51,962 bases of DNA from a virus (Duplodnaviria > Caudoviricetes): IMG/VR virus record IMGVR_UViG_3300012933_000077, positions 1-51,962 of that record; one strand, given 5' to 3'. A program made the position numbers and the translations under genes. How positions within the stretch are numbered: position 1 is the stretch's first letter; the number at the start of each line of letters is the position of its first letter. The notes under the pieces were generated by a model, which saw only the letters and a list, made by a program, of their open reading frames with translations, did not search any database and had not been told where the DNA came from. This document shows, one piece after another, positions 28,635-38,463 of this stretch.

Positions 28635-29026
28635 TATCGTGTTCTTTCAAGTACGAAGTCTAGAGTTAGCGGTCTCTCAGTGTTAACAATCTTAAATGTG
28701 ATGTTAAGGTAGACTGAATTGTTGTCTGGGGAAGCAATAACTTCAACGTCGATTAACCTAACTCTAGGCTCAAAGTTTGAAATTAAATCAATGACTGAAC
28801 GTCTGATCATCAAAGCAGTCATGGGCGTTAGTAAGTCAAATAATAACTCATTAATCGGTGAACCGATTTCACTATGGAACGGGCGTTCATAGTGTTTAGT
28901 TAAGATTAGATTCTTAATAGAATGCTTAACTGCTGACTCGTCAGTGCGGCGAGTCAGATCCTTCGTCACAGGGTGAGGAATGAAGTTAAGATCTAGATCC
29001 GAGAAGTTTCTTGTATTGCGACTCAT
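28634..29026 (-). CDS. gp25: Baseplate wedge subunit gp25
   Basis: FSDLDLNF..HPVT.D...AVK.SIKNLILT...ERPF...FEPRV. Confidence 0.92.
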   Translation of the reverse strand: MSRNTRNFSDLDLNFIPHPVTKDLTRRTDESAVKHSIKNLILTKHYERPFHSEIGSPINELLFDLLTPMTALMIRRSVIDLISNFEPRVRLIDVEVIASPDNNSVYLNITFKIVNTERPLTLDFVLERTR

Positions 29027-29031
29027 TTTAG

Positions 29032-29038
29032 TATTTAT
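29032..29038 (-). promoter_or_regulatory. T4-type late promoter (ATAAATA)
   Basis: Lies between the gp5 stop and the gp25 start. Confidence 0.5.
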
Positions 29039-32000
29039 TATTTCCCGTTAGGAGGAATTGTATTTAACAGGAAGAATCCTGCAGGAATACCGTTAGAGTT
29101 GCGCTTATATGTACTGTGGTTTACCATAGTGAACGCTTGCTTACGGTTGTTATTTGGTCGATAACCAGCGTGAATCCAAACAGATTGCGGCGCAGAGTAT
29201 TCCAAAATTAGTTGATCATAAACAATAACAGCTTCAATGGCTTTAATAATCTCGAAAGACTTATTATATTTATCAGGGTCAATTAAGCCGATATCAAAAC
29301 AGTGACCTTTACAGTGGTCAGAGTTCGGTGATTCGTGAGGAACAACACCCTTCAAACGATAACCAGAGTTGATTTTCCATAGACGGTTATAACCACTCAA
29401 ACCACCTGGCAATACAGCTAAGGCTGGTTCTAGAATGTTAGCCGCAGAGTGCGCCAAATTAGAAACAATTTCTTGAACTGTATACAAACGTTCAGCGGAG
29501 TCTTTGTTGGCTCGAAGCATTTGAGCTTGAAGTCTATGCTTACCGTTTACGCCACCATCGATCAACATGCCCAAACTAAAGTTCTTCGAAATACGATAAT
29601 CGTTCGTGAAGTCTTTTGTGGTTAAAATCAAAGCAGTATCAACGGACTTAGAATTACCGCCGCCAGACATAACTTCTGAACCTTCATCGGCAACTGCAAC
29701 AGCGGCTCCAGCGATACCACCTGTACGGATATCATTAGCGGCAACTGCGCGACCTTCTGGTGTATCCCAATCTTCTGGAGTTTCAATTGGAGAGTTTGAT
29801 TCAAACTGACGCTCTGGTGGAATAAAGTATGGTAGGTTACTATACAATGGGTCGCCCGCAGGAGGTGGAGTTAGTTCAACTGGAATTGAATCAGCAGCAG
29901 CGCCTGCTTCAGCAGCAGCACCAGTACCCAAATTATATGTGGCATAATCAACGTTCAAAGCGCCAGCGGCTTTGATGTCCATAGTACCAGATGAAGATTG
30001 TTTAACTCCAGCACCCTTGATGTTGATATCACCAGAAGCTTCTTGATTAACTGTAGCAGCTTTAATGTTGATAGAACCATCTGCTTGAACGTTATGCGTA
30101 CCAGCAGTTTTGTTGTATATGTTAGCACCTTCCATGCTAATGTCGCCGAGGGCTTTAATCTGTAAGTCTCCGCCGACCGCTAGAGTTGTGTCGTTAGCTG
30201 AACCGATGGCTAGGTTATTACCCACTGTAACTGTAGCGTTAGCTGCAACGTCAATGTTAGCGTCAGAACGGGCAAAGATGTTAGTGTTACCGTCAACTGT
30301 GATATTACACTCACCAGCAACGTGAATACAACCGTTGTGTTCCATGAGAATAAAATTATCACCGACGATATAGTTCACCTGTGTGCCGTTGGCGTCAACT
30401 TCAGTGAATGTACCAGAACGGTGGTACAAGTGAGTACGTTCTTGACCAGGAGTATCATCGAACTCTTGAACGTGACCACCTTCAGATTCAAACACTTTGT
30501 TAAATGGATACTTAGCGCCGAATGGGGCTTCTGGTTGACTCCACTCTCCATTACCACCAGCTTTTGGAATGTTCAGTTTACGCTTTGCGTCTTTGTCAGT
30601 AACAACTGTACCGTTAATAATACCACGAGCTAGACGGTTCACGTCTGATTCTCCGATATAGTCTTTTAACGGGTATTTGTTATTTGGGTCACGGAAACCG
30701 ATACCGAAAGAACCTGATGTGATTGACTTATCCGATGGACCAGGATGCTCGCTACCGTCAACTGCAGTATCAATTGGAGGCGTCGCTCCAGCATCTTTGG
30801 AAGATGAACCAGTCGCTTCAACACCATAAAAATAGTCATAGTATTTTTGTTTAGCAGCAGCGACTCGAGGGATGTTCACACCCACTGAATCTTTAGCGGC
30901 GATAAAATAAGCTGGTGATGCGTTAGGGTTCACACCTTTAGCAACACGGTCTTTTAGGTACAATGCTGAGATCAAAGCAGACACGTTAATGTCGTCGATC
31001 AACAACTCTGGGTTCTTTACAATATCAACGTCTAAACCAACAGTTTTTCCAAGTTTAGAATAACGTTCATAGTTAGCTTTACCAGTTAGTTGGATGAATC
31101 CACGACCGAAATAAATACCACCTTCAGCATCAGTTTTATGACCCAAGAAGTTCTTACCACGTTTTGTTGGTCCATAAATCACTGAGAAGAATTCAGCCTT
31201 AGAAAGACCCTTCTTCTTAGCGTTGGATAAAGCGTCAGCTTCAGCATCAGTCAAGAACGAGAATAGTTGCTTCAAAGCGGCAGGGCTAGAATATTGATGG
31301 CTTTCTTCGATTGGCGTCCAACCTGATTCACCACCAGCAATTGCCAACAAGGCGCACTTCTGTTCACGAGTTGTCAAACCAACCTTATCACATGCGGCAA
31401 TAAGAGCTTTAATACCTTCAGATACCTTTGTCTGTGATGATTTAAATTCAGGAGGCGGAATAGTTGGAATAGCATTATTCGCTGGGATGTTCTTAACTGT
31501 ATCTGCCTTTTCAGTCACAGTAACAGCGGTTGATGTAACAGCCTTAGACTCAATAATAGCCGCAGCGTTGGTCGCAGGTGGTTTAAACTCTACAATGTTT
31601 TCGCCGAAGTCTCTAACCGTTGTTGAAATGGTAATTTGTGTACCACTATCAATAGAAACAATAGTTGTGCCGTCTTCAATGCCGAAACCAAACACACGCA
31701 TGTTGGCAGTTAGCTTTGAAGTCAAATCGGTACGACCCGAGTTTGGATCTTGGAACGTTAGTTTGTTACCACTAATTGGTCCTTTAACACTACGCAATGA
31801 AACTTCTTTTACAGTGTTATTTTCTAAGATTGGACCAGAGTCATCATAGTCGATAGGTACTGGTTCAGTGGCAATACCACCAACGGCACCCATGACAAGA
31901 CCCTGTTGCATTGAATCATCAAGATATGTGACTACAACTGAAGTACCTTCAACTGGTCCAATCGGTGTGTGACCAATACCGTTCATAGCAGCAGAAATAG

Positions 32001-32151
32001 TTGGCTGCATAGTTGCACACCAAGGTAAGTCTGATGTGGGTAATAAGTTTTTATCGTGAGTATGTAAACCAACAACGCGAACTTGACAGCGACCCAACTC
32101 CAACGGGTCGCTTCGGTTCTCAACAATACCAAAGTAGATTTGCATTATCAA
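29038..32151 (-). CDS. gp5: Baseplate hub/spike gp5 with internal GH19-like glycosidase and C-terminal M15-type peptidase
   Basis: OB-fold start (GIVENRSDPLELGRCQVRVVGLH); GH19-like ESG..PIEE and YFGRGFIQLTGKANY; gp5 C motif YPFNKV.ESEGGH..EFDDTPG.ER; M15-like INSGYR, SDHCKGHCFD, WIH. Confidence 0.9.
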   Translation of the reverse strand: MIMQIYFGIVENRSDPLELGRCQVRVVGLHTHDKNLLPTSDLPWCATMQPTISAAMNGIGHTPIGPVEGTSVVVTYLDDSMQQGLVMGAVGGIATEPVPIDYDDSGPILENNTVKEVSLRSVKGPISGNKLTFQDPNSGRTDLTSKLTANMRVFGFGIEDGTTIVSIDSGTQITISTTVRDFGENIVEFKPPATNAAAIIESKAVTSTAVTVTEKADTVKNIPANNAIPTIPPPEFKSSQTKVSEGIKALIAACDKVGLTTREQKCALLAIAGGESGWTPIEESHQYSSPAALKQLFSFLTDAEADALSNAKKKGLSKAEFFSVIYGPTKRGKNFLGHKTDAEGGIYFGRGFIQLTGKANYERYSKLGKTVGLDVDIVKNPELLIDDINVSALISALYLKDRVAKGVNPNASPAYFIAAKDSVGVNIPRVAAAKQKYYDYFYGVEATGSSSKDAGATPPIDTAVDGSEHPGPSDKSITSGSFGIGFRDPNNKYPLKDYIGESDVNRLARGIINGTVVTDKDAKRKLNIPKAGGNGEWSQPEAPFGAKYPFNKVFESEGGHVQEFDDTPGQERTHLYHRSGTFTEVDANGTQVNYIVGDNFILMEHNGCIHVAGECNITVDGNTNIFARSDANIDVAANATVTVGNNLAIGSANDTTLAVGGDLQIKALGDISMEGANIYNKTAGTHNVQADGSINIKAATVNQEASGDINIKGAGVKQSSSGTMDIKAAGALNVDYATYNLGTGAAAEAGAAADSIPVELTPPPAGDPLYSNLPYFIPPERQFESNSPIETPEDWDTPEGRAVAANDIRTGGIAGAAVAVADEGSEVMSGGGNSKSVDTALILTTKDFTNDYRISKNFSLGMLIDGGVNGKHRLQAQMLRANKDSAERLYTVQEIVSNLAHSAANILEPALAVLPGGLSGYNRLWKINSGYRLKGVVPHESPNSDHCKGHCFDIGLIDPDKYNKSFEIIKAIEAVIVYDQLILEYSAPQSVWIHAGYRPNNNRKQAFTMVNHSTYKRNSNGIPAGFFLLNTIPPNGK

Positions 32152-33422
32152 ATATCCTTAATCGTAGAATCTTTAATTATCTCCATGACACATTCGTGAC
32201 CTTCTGGAGAAATAATATGGTTAATAGCAGACACTAGGTACTTACCAGATATGATTTTATCTTTCATATCGTCTTCCGTGTCTGTTTTATAAATTGGTTT
32301 ATTTTGTACAATATACAAACTGACAACCATACCAACTGTATAGTCGCATCGCCCAGTAACATGTATTGTAACTTTCTGAGCTTCAGCCATTTTCAAGAAT
32401 GAAGTACGTTCTTGAATAATACGAGCGTTTGTTGTATCACCGAAGCTAGTGAAAGTTTCAAAAGCTCTGGGGAAGTTAATCAGTCGAGCGCTCGTACGAA
32501 TAGGAGCTTTTGTAGTGAATAATGGATATTTATTTAAGTGGATTTGAGAATCAAAACGAGTAGCTGCTGTGTAGTTTTTAGCAGTGTATGTCTTCTTAGT
32601 TGAGTCATAAGAAATAAGTCTAGACGCCAACATACCAGAACGAAGTCGATCCATATAGTCATACGATTCACTAATATCATATGAGTCGATACGCTTGTAG
32701 TCTTCCATAATGTTCAGGGAGTTGCCGCCCAGTGGAAAGTTGTCACGAGTGTATCGGTCGTACTTAAATTCTTGAGCGACTTGCCCTTGATATAGTTTCT
32801 CCAAAGAACGGAAGTTAAAACCGTCTCTGTTTTGGAAGAACAAGAACGATGGAGACTGAGATTCTGAAATAGAGTTATCAGCCAGATATGTTAAGTTCTT
32901 AACTGGAGACCAGAAGTTTGAAATATACTTAATCGTGTTACGTGTATTTTCAACGATGAACTGGTTTTGACTTTCCAAACCATCTTGCTTGTCTAGAACA
33001 AACGCACCAGCAATGTCTGAAATCTTACCAGAGAAAACTTTACTGATCTTCTTGTTATTATCAACTAACGCTTCGATAGCAATAAAGTTCAATTCATAAG
33101 CCACGGAACGGTCACCAAGACGAGTTTTATCGCTCATCTTATACACGTGGAATAAACCACTGATTTGACCTTGAGGTAGAGTGGGAGTTGAAATTCGTAA
33201 CTGTAGATATTCTTCACCGATCAACGGGAAGACGTTAGTCAAATCCAATGTATCTTTAAGAACCAGTGATCCAGAAATGAATGGAGCGAATAGATCTTCA
33301 AATACCTGTACTTGTACAATTTGACCAGTAACGTCTTGGAAGACGCCTCTGGATGTTGTGATGACGGCTTTGTCAATAGTGACATCGCCAGCAAAACGTA
33401 AAATATTCGCGGGATTATGCAT
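32148..33422 (-). CDS. Probable baseplate hub protein (gp27-like)
   Basis: VFEDLF.PFISG.L...D...PLIGEE.L motif; position between gp53 and gp5. Confidence 0.6.
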   Translation of the reverse strand: MHNPANILRFAGDVTIDKAVITTSRGVFQDVTGQIVQVQVFEDLFAPFISGSLVLKDTLDLTNVFPLIGEEYLQLRISTPTLPQGQISGLFHVYKMSDKTRLGDRSVAYELNFIAIEALVDNNKKISKVFSGKISDIAGAFVLDKQDGLESQNQFIVENTRNTIKYISNFWSPVKNLTYLADNSISESQSPSFLFFQNRDGFNFRSLEKLYQGQVAQEFKYDRYTRDNFPLGGNSLNIMEDYKRIDSYDISESYDYMDRLRSGMLASRLISYDSTKKTYTAKNYTAATRFDSQIHLNKYPLFTTKAPIRTSARLINFPRAFETFTSFGDTTNARIIQERTSFLKMAEAQKVTIHVTGRCDYTVGMVVSLYIVQNKPIYKTDTEDDMKDKIISGKYLVSAINHIISPEGHECVMEIIKDSTIKDI

Positions 33423-34252
33423 TATCTGATAAACTCTTCATAATTCTTAATGACGGTTTCCAATAACGTTGGAGATATAATTCTGATGCGACGTTTAGCA
33501 TCATTATCCATACGTTCTTGTTCAGCGCCTGTGATTGGGATAGCACCAACGGCTGATCCATTAACAGCCAAACCCTGTGTATTAACGAAACGAACTGGGT
33601 TATTTTCTCTACCCTCAGTGTCTACATAAATTCTCATTTGACCGACGCCACTTGCCAAGTCACCCTTACCGAATTGTGTGATTGGTCCAAACGTTGCTTC
33701 TTCTTCTTTATACGGGAAGTAGAAGTATTGTGTACCAGAATCAAGGGCAATCTCATCGTATGGGAAGTTGATAACTTTTACAAACTGCTGAGTTGCATCA
33801 AACAATGTGATCTTAACTGGGGCTGTTAAATATGCAGCGTCAAATGGTCCAGAAGACCCGCCTGTGATTTTAATGTGGATGTAAGTTACAGTCTCACCGT
33901 CAACAACGTGTGTGTCCCAGAACCAATCATCAGAATATAATCTTGGGTTGTACATAGTCGTGATATGTTTTTGTAGATAAGTTTCCTGCATAGGAAAATC
34001 TGATACATAATCATACTTATCGTTAGCTAACATAATGACCCAGTGATATTCTGGAGTACCATAAAACTTTTCAGCGATGATCTCAGGTGTTTCACCGTCA
34101 ACGATATCGTATTCATCGAACATAGTAATGTTGCGCAGAATATCTTTACGGAAACGAATGTTTCGGGTGATGTCCTTAACAACGGCAGTTTTTGTTACTC
34201 CGTTGCCATAGTTGAAGTCGTATAAGAATGAAGGGAAGTTCTTGAAAAACAT
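33422..34252 (-). CDS. gp53: Baseplate wedge subunit gp53
   Basis: FFKNFP...Y, YDIVDGETPEIIAEKFYG...HWVIMLAN, E..ND.KRRIRII.P. Confidence 0.88.
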   Translation of the reverse strand: MFFKNFPSFLYDFNYGNGVTKTAVVKDITRNIRFRKDILRNITMFDEYDIVDGETPEIIAEKFYGTPEYHWVIMLANDKYDYVSDFPMQETYLQKHITTMYNPRLYSDDWFWDTHVVDGETVTYIHIKITGGSSGPFDAAYLTAPVKITLFDATQQFVKVINFPYDEIALDSGTQYFYFPYKEEEATFGPITQFGKGDLASGVGQMRIYVDTEGRENNPVRFVNTQGLAVNGSAVGAIPITGAEQERMDNDAKRRIRIISPTLLETVIKNYEEFIR

Positions 34253-35436
34253 TACATACCTCCTTCAACAGTTTCTTTGGATAGAAGTTGAAGTTCTTTA
34301 AACCCTAGAGAGATGTTAATTTGTGTCGGCATACCGTTGGGGAATGTCGAATATGAACCGTTCGGTGTATAGTTCACGTTCATTTCCTCAAGCACGCATG
34401 AAGTGTGTTTATGTAGATTTGTGTTTTCTTGTCCGCCACTGTAATAGATGATATCGAATTCAGACGGGTAGATGTAAACATAGTTCAACTCACTCTTGAA
34501 TTCAGGGTGCATGTGTAGCTTAAACTGTTCAATAATGTTTAAAACGTTTTGAGCTTCAACGTGGTCTCTTGGGAAGAACTGATAATCAAACGTAAACTTA
34601 CGGAAGTCAACGCCACGGAAAGTTTGTTCTTTCTTAGGGTTTGACGCAATACCTAAAGCCGCTGAAGCTGCGCCAGCGTTCGGCATCTTTTGAAGAGCGA
34701 TCGCAGCAGCTCCTTCGCGACCGATAGAACCTAGACGGTTAATAGCACCTTGCTTACTTAAACCAGCTTGAAGTGCGTCAGCCATACCTTGAACAGCGGC
34801 AGTATCTTCTTCAGACCATTGCATACCGTATCGAACTGATAGTTGGTTTGGGATGTGTAGAGCGATCGCTGTTTTTAAACGACGTTGAGAACGAGAAGCG
34901 TCTGGCGCCAAAGTACCAGCAGCTGCTACACCCAACAGGGCACCTGCCGCCTCGGAAGCAGTATCACGACCGCCAGCTAATTGAGCTGCCTTTTCACCCT
35001 TACTCGCACCTTCTTTGAAACCACTCTTAGCAGAGTTAGCAATACCGCCACCCAAGCCACCTAGGACTTGTGCACCAGCTGAAGCTACCGCCAATGTTTT
35101 AACGTCCATGTTTTTAGCCACCAAGCTACCACGGAAACGTTTCTCGATGTTTGGATCCAACTCAACCGTATTATTCTTAACATTCAATCTAGAATCCACG
35201 GAAACGTTGATGTAGAAAACTGCATAGTTTCCACCATAAACTTCACTCAAAACATCCGATGGATATGAGTGTTGTTCAACTTTGTATTTGTTGGCATTGA
35301 ATCGAGATGCGCCTTTAATTAGGCTGGCTTCTCGTGGGGGAGTTGTGGCTTTATCCAAAGCCTTCACGCCTTTATCGTATGCGCTATTAGCCCAATCCTT
35401 AACGCTGCCTAAACCAGATGATAGTGAGTCAATCAT
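34252..35436 (-). CDS. gp48: Baseplate tail-tube cap gp48
   Basis: IALHIP, NP..EQTFRGVDFRKFTFDYQFFPR, YPSEFDI.Y, CVL...NVNYTP, GMPTQI...L.FKE. Confidence 0.9.
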   Translation of the reverse strand: MIDSLSSGLGSVKDWANSAYDKGVKALDKATTPPREASLIKGASRFNANKYKVEQHSYPSDVLSEVYGGNYAVFYINVSVDSRLNVKNNTVELDPNIEKRFRGSLVAKNMDVKTLAVASAGAQVLGGLGGGIANSAKSGFKEGASKGEKAAQLAGGRDTASEAAGALLGVAAAGTLAPDASRSQRRLKTAIALHIPNQLSVRYGMQWSEEDTAAVQGMADALQAGLSKQGAINRLGSIGREGAAAIALQKMPNAGAASAALGIASNPKKEQTFRGVDFRKFTFDYQFFPRDHVEAQNVLNIIEQFKLHMHPEFKSELNYVYIYPSEFDIIYYSGGQENTNLHKHTSCVLEEMNVNYTPNGSYSTFPNGMPTQINISLGFKELQLLSKETVEGGM

Positions 35437-35448
35437 TTGTCGATTACC

Positions 35449-35455
35449 CTAAATA
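35449..35455 (+). promoter_or_regulatory. Late promoter-like motif for gp4 (CTAAATA)
   Basis: TAAATA core in the divergent gp48/gp4 gap. Confidence 0.5.
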
Positions 35456-35476
35456 GAATGTTATTGTACCTCATAC

Positions 35477-35484
35477 TATTTATG
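35477..35484 (-). promoter_or_regulatory. Late promoter for the gp48 baseplate operon (CATAAATA)
   Basis: Motif about 40 nt upstream of the gp48 start; overlaps the gp4 ATG. Confidence 0.5.
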
Positions 35485-35916
35485 TTCCATAAAAGAAAGT
35501 TTATTCCAACTAACCCAGAAAAGTACGCTGGTGATGCAAGTAATATCATCATGCGATCGAGTTGGGAGACCAGATTCGCTAACTGGTGCGATAAAAACCC
35601 ATCCATCATAAAGTGGAGTTCAGAAGAAACAGTCGTGCCCTATATATGCCCGACCGATAACAAGTACCACCGTTATTTCATTGATTTTAAGATCCAAGTC
35701 CAGCAAAAAGACGGGCTACTGAAAACCTATCTCATCGAGGTCAAGCCAGCCAAACAAACGATCCCTCCAGTATTTCCTGGGAAACGAACTAAGAAGTTTC
35801 TCATGGAATCCTACGCTTTCATGAAAAATCAGGCTAAATGGCATGCGGCTGACCAGTACGCCAAGGATCGCGGATACATCTTTAAAATCATCACTGAGAA
35901 AGAACTTGGGCTGTAA
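35482..35916 (+). CDS. gp4: Head completion protein gp4 (TnsA-like nuclease fold)
   Basis: F.P.NPEKY.GD..NII.RSSWE, WSSEE..VPY, HRYF.DF, IEVKP, NQAKW.AA, ITEKELG. Start set at ATG 35482. Confidence 0.92.
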   Translation: MFHKRKFIPTNPEKYAGDASNIIMRSSWETRFANWCDKNPSIIKWSSEETVVPYICPTDNKYHRYFIDFKIQVQQKDGLLKTYLIEVKPAKQTIPPVFPGKRTKKFLMESYAFMKNQAKWHAADQYAKDRGYIFKIITEKELGL

Positions 35917-35919
35917 CAC

Positions 35920-35926
35920 CTAAATA
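35920..35926 (+). promoter_or_regulatory. Late promoter-like motif (CTAAATA)
   Basis: Immediately upstream of the gp2 start. Confidence 0.5.
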
Positions 35927-35931
35927 GTATT

Positions 35932-36567
35932 ATGCCATTAATGCTACGCCAAAATAAGACTGCAGCTCAAATCGCCATGATGGACGTATTTGAGAAGAAC
36001 AAGTACGACTTGAATACTTCGTTCCGTAAGTCCAAGGCGTGGTACGAACAGCAGATGGTTTTATTGATGAAACAGGGTATTATGCCGTGGAACGTCATGA
36101 AGGGTAACCCAGCGCAGTTGACGACAAAGTTGATGCCTGGCAAAATGTATATGTTCGCATATGACCCTTTGTACAAACATGAGCTTCCATACTTTGATCG
36201 ATTTCCCTGTGTTCTATTATACAAGCGTTCCATGACGGGTTTTAGTGGATTGAACTTCCACTACCTCCCATATCAAATGCGTGTTCAATTACTTTATCGT
36301 TTGATGCAGTATAAGACAAACGCCAAGATGGACGAAAACACCCGTATTCGTTTTACATGGGAAGCTATTAAAGGTGTATCAAAGTTCGCTGCGGCTGTGC
36401 CAGCGTTTCATAATTATAACTTCGCTGGTCTTCGTTCTTCATTTAGAGAAATAAGATCATATGACTGGACAACGGCTGTATTATTGCCAGTTGAACAGTT
36501 CGTTAAGAAAGCCGATGATAGAATTTGGGACAAATCTCGTCAGATGGTTAACAGGATTACTAAATGA
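35932..36567 (+). CDS. gp2: DNA end protector protein gp2
   Basis: PGKMYMF.YDP..K..LPYFDRFP.V, GLNFHYLP..R, W..A..LPVEQF.K. Confidence 0.92.
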   Translation: MPLMLRQNKTAAQIAMMDVFEKNKYDLNTSFRKSKAWYEQQMVLLMKQGIMPWNVMKGNPAQLTTKLMPGKMYMFAYDPLYKHELPYFDRFPCVLLYKRSMTGFSGLNFHYLPYQMRVQLLYRLMQYKTNAKMDENTRIRFTWEAIKGVSKFAAAVPAFHNYNFAGLRSSFREIRSYDWTTAVLLPVEQFVKKADDRIWDKSRQMVNRITK

Positions 36568-37274
36568 GTAATAGACAAAAAGACTTTATCGCGGAAATTA
36601 AGACGCAGGGTTTAGCTAGAACAAACCGTTTTACGGTTCAACTTACACCTCCTGGCTCAGCGCCAGCGGTCACTCGTAAGGTATTATTGTTCTGCGAGCA
36701 AGCTTCGCTTCCTGGTATTAACTACGCCACAACTCAAAACAGAACATACGGTGAACTAAGAGAGATGCCGTATGATAAGCTGTACGATAACATCACTCTA
36801 ACTTTCCACGTTGACCGTGATATGTTAGTTAAAAAGATGTTCGATGATTGGATGCAATTTATCCAAGACCCAATTACACGCTCGTTTCAATACTACAGAA
36901 ACTACACAACTGATATGGTTATTGAACTTCAAGACCTTGAAGACAAAACTACATACCAGATTCAAATGTTTGAATGTTACCCGAAGGCAATCAGCGCCAT
37001 CGCGTTGAACGCTGAAGCTAAAGACACTATGCGTGTGAGCGTAACGTTCCAATACAAATATTGGTCATCTAACCTTATCGCTGAAAACGCTAACGGTCAG
37101 AAAATTACCAAAGAAGGCTTTAATAAGTATATTGGCGACTTTAGCGGATTCCAAGAAATGCTCCGTAAAGGTTTGGGTGAACGTGGTGCTGGTATTGTTA
37201 CTGGCGCAGTGGGTCAATTGGCGACTCGCTCGTTCTCTCAAGTAACTTCTCGAATTCCTGCTATTAGATTTTAA
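36564..37274 (+). CDS. gp54: Baseplate tail-tube initiator (gp54/gp19-like)
   Basis: GLARTNRF.V, CEQASLPG, FDDWM..I, YP..I..I.L, VTFQYKYW. Confidence 0.75.
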   Translation: MSNRQKDFIAEIKTQGLARTNRFTVQLTPPGSAPAVTRKVLLFCEQASLPGINYATTQNRTYGELREMPYDKLYDNITLTFHVDRDMLVKKMFDDWMQFIQDPITRSFQYYRNYTTDMVIELQDLEDKTTYQIQMFECYPKAISAIALNAEAKDTMRVSVTFQYKYWSSNLIAENANGQKITKEGFNKYIGDFSGFQEMLRKGLGERGAGIVTGAVGQLATRSFSQVTSRIPAIRF

Positions 37275-37290
37275 TTAACCTGAGATAACT

Positions 37291-37704
37291 ATGAACACTG
37301 ATGAATCTTTGTCAAAAGTTTTTGATATAGACTTTCAAGAAGTTGTTGAAGCGCCAGTAACTGTTTTACCAGCTACCATAACTTCACCGACTTCTGATAA
37401 AATAGAAGACGACTATGATAAGAGTCGAGCTAACCTACACGCTTTATTGTTAAGCGGTCAAGCTGCATTGGAGCACGCTCTATCTGTGGCAAAACAATCT
37501 GAACATCCCCGTGCTTTTGAAGTCGTTGGTAACCTGATCAAACAGTTAGCCGACGTCAACCAACAGCTAATGGATATTCATAACCAAAAGAGAAAACTGG
37601 AAGAGCCTGGCAAGGCTGCCCAGAAGAACGTTACTAACAACTCCATCTTTGTTGGTAGTACCGCTGAATTGAACAAGATGATTAAGAAAATGCAAGGAGC
37701 ATAA
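37291..37704 (+). CDS. gp16: Terminase small subunit gp16
   Basis: DYDKSR.NL..L...G..AL....A..SEHPRAFEV...LIK and NNSIFVGSTAEL.KM. Confidence 0.9.
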   Translation: MNTDESLSKVFDIDFQEVVEAPVTVLPATITSPTSDKIEDDYDKSRANLHALLLSGQAALEHALSVAKQSEHPRAFEVVGNLIKQLADVNQQLMDIHNQKRKLEEPGKAAQKNVTNNSIFVGSTAELNKMIKKMQGA

Positions 37705-37705
37705 T

Positions 37706-38425
37706 ATGGCTTTACCAATGATGAATATGCCTACGTTTACGTTGACAATCCCGTCAACTGGAAAGAACGTTAGATACCGCCCATTCCTAGTTAAGGATGA
37801 AAAGGCTTTAATGATTGCTCAGCAATCCGAAGACTTAAACGTCATGATCGAAACTTTGAAAGTAGTTATCTCGTCATGCGTTATGGATAAGATTGAAGTT
37901 GACCTTCTGGCGACTTTTGATATTGAGTATATGTTTACTCAAATTCGCGCGAAATCCGTAGGTGAAACAATCGAACTGTTGTTCTCGTGCGATACTGATC
38001 ACGGCGAACAAAACGAAAAAGCCAAGACTAAAATCTCTCTTGACTTGTCAGCTCTTGAAGTTCAAAAGAACCCAGAGCATACTAACAGGATCGAACTATT
38101 CGGTGATGTTGGTATCGTTATGAAATACCCAGGAATTAACCTGACAAAAATGATGGGCGAAGGCTCAGAAAACCTTGACGTTGTATTTGGTATTGTCGCC
38201 GACTCAATCGAATACATTTACCAAGGTGAAGAAATCTTCTATGCTAAAGAGCAGAAGAAGGAAGAACTATTACAGTTCTTGAATAACCTAACCACAGAAC
38301 AGTTCTTGAAAGTTCAGAAGTTCTTTGAAACTATGCCGAAGCTTTCAACTACAGTCGAGTATACTTGTCCAATCTGTAACAAACACCACAAGAAGACCTT
38401 GGAGGGTCTCCAAAGTTTTTTCTAA
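37706..38425 (+). CDS. gp26: Baseplate hub assembly protein gp26
   Basis: LP....P...L.IPSTGK.V.YRPFLVK.EK.L, FDIEY.F..IRAKSVGE, FFETMPKL, LEGLQSFF*. Confidence 0.9.
   Translation: MALPMMNMPTFTLTIPSTGKNVRYRPFLVKDEKALMIAQQSEDLNVMIETLKVVISSCVMDKIEVDLLATFDIEYMFTQIRAKSVGETIELLFSCDTDHGEQNEKAKTKISLDLSALEVQKNPEHTNRIELFGDVGIVMKYPGINLTKMMGEGSENLDVVFGIVADSIEYIYQGEEIFYAKEQKKEELLQFLNNLTTEQFLKVQKFFETMPKLSTTVEYTCPICNKHHKKTLEGLQSFF
38416..38422 (+). other. Candidate -1 ribosomal frameshift site T TTT TTC
   Basis: X XXY YYZ heptamer in the correct frame immediately before the gp26 stop; the -1 frame is open through to the gp51 stop at 38610. Confidence 0.6.
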
Positions 38426-38463
38426 TTAACCTTTGTCATGAATCGTTGGGGAATTACTATAAA

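Noticed and set aside
35437-35481. TTG-started N-terminal extension of gp4
   Set aside because: Spans the promoter-containing gap; gp4-like sequence starts at ATG 35482.
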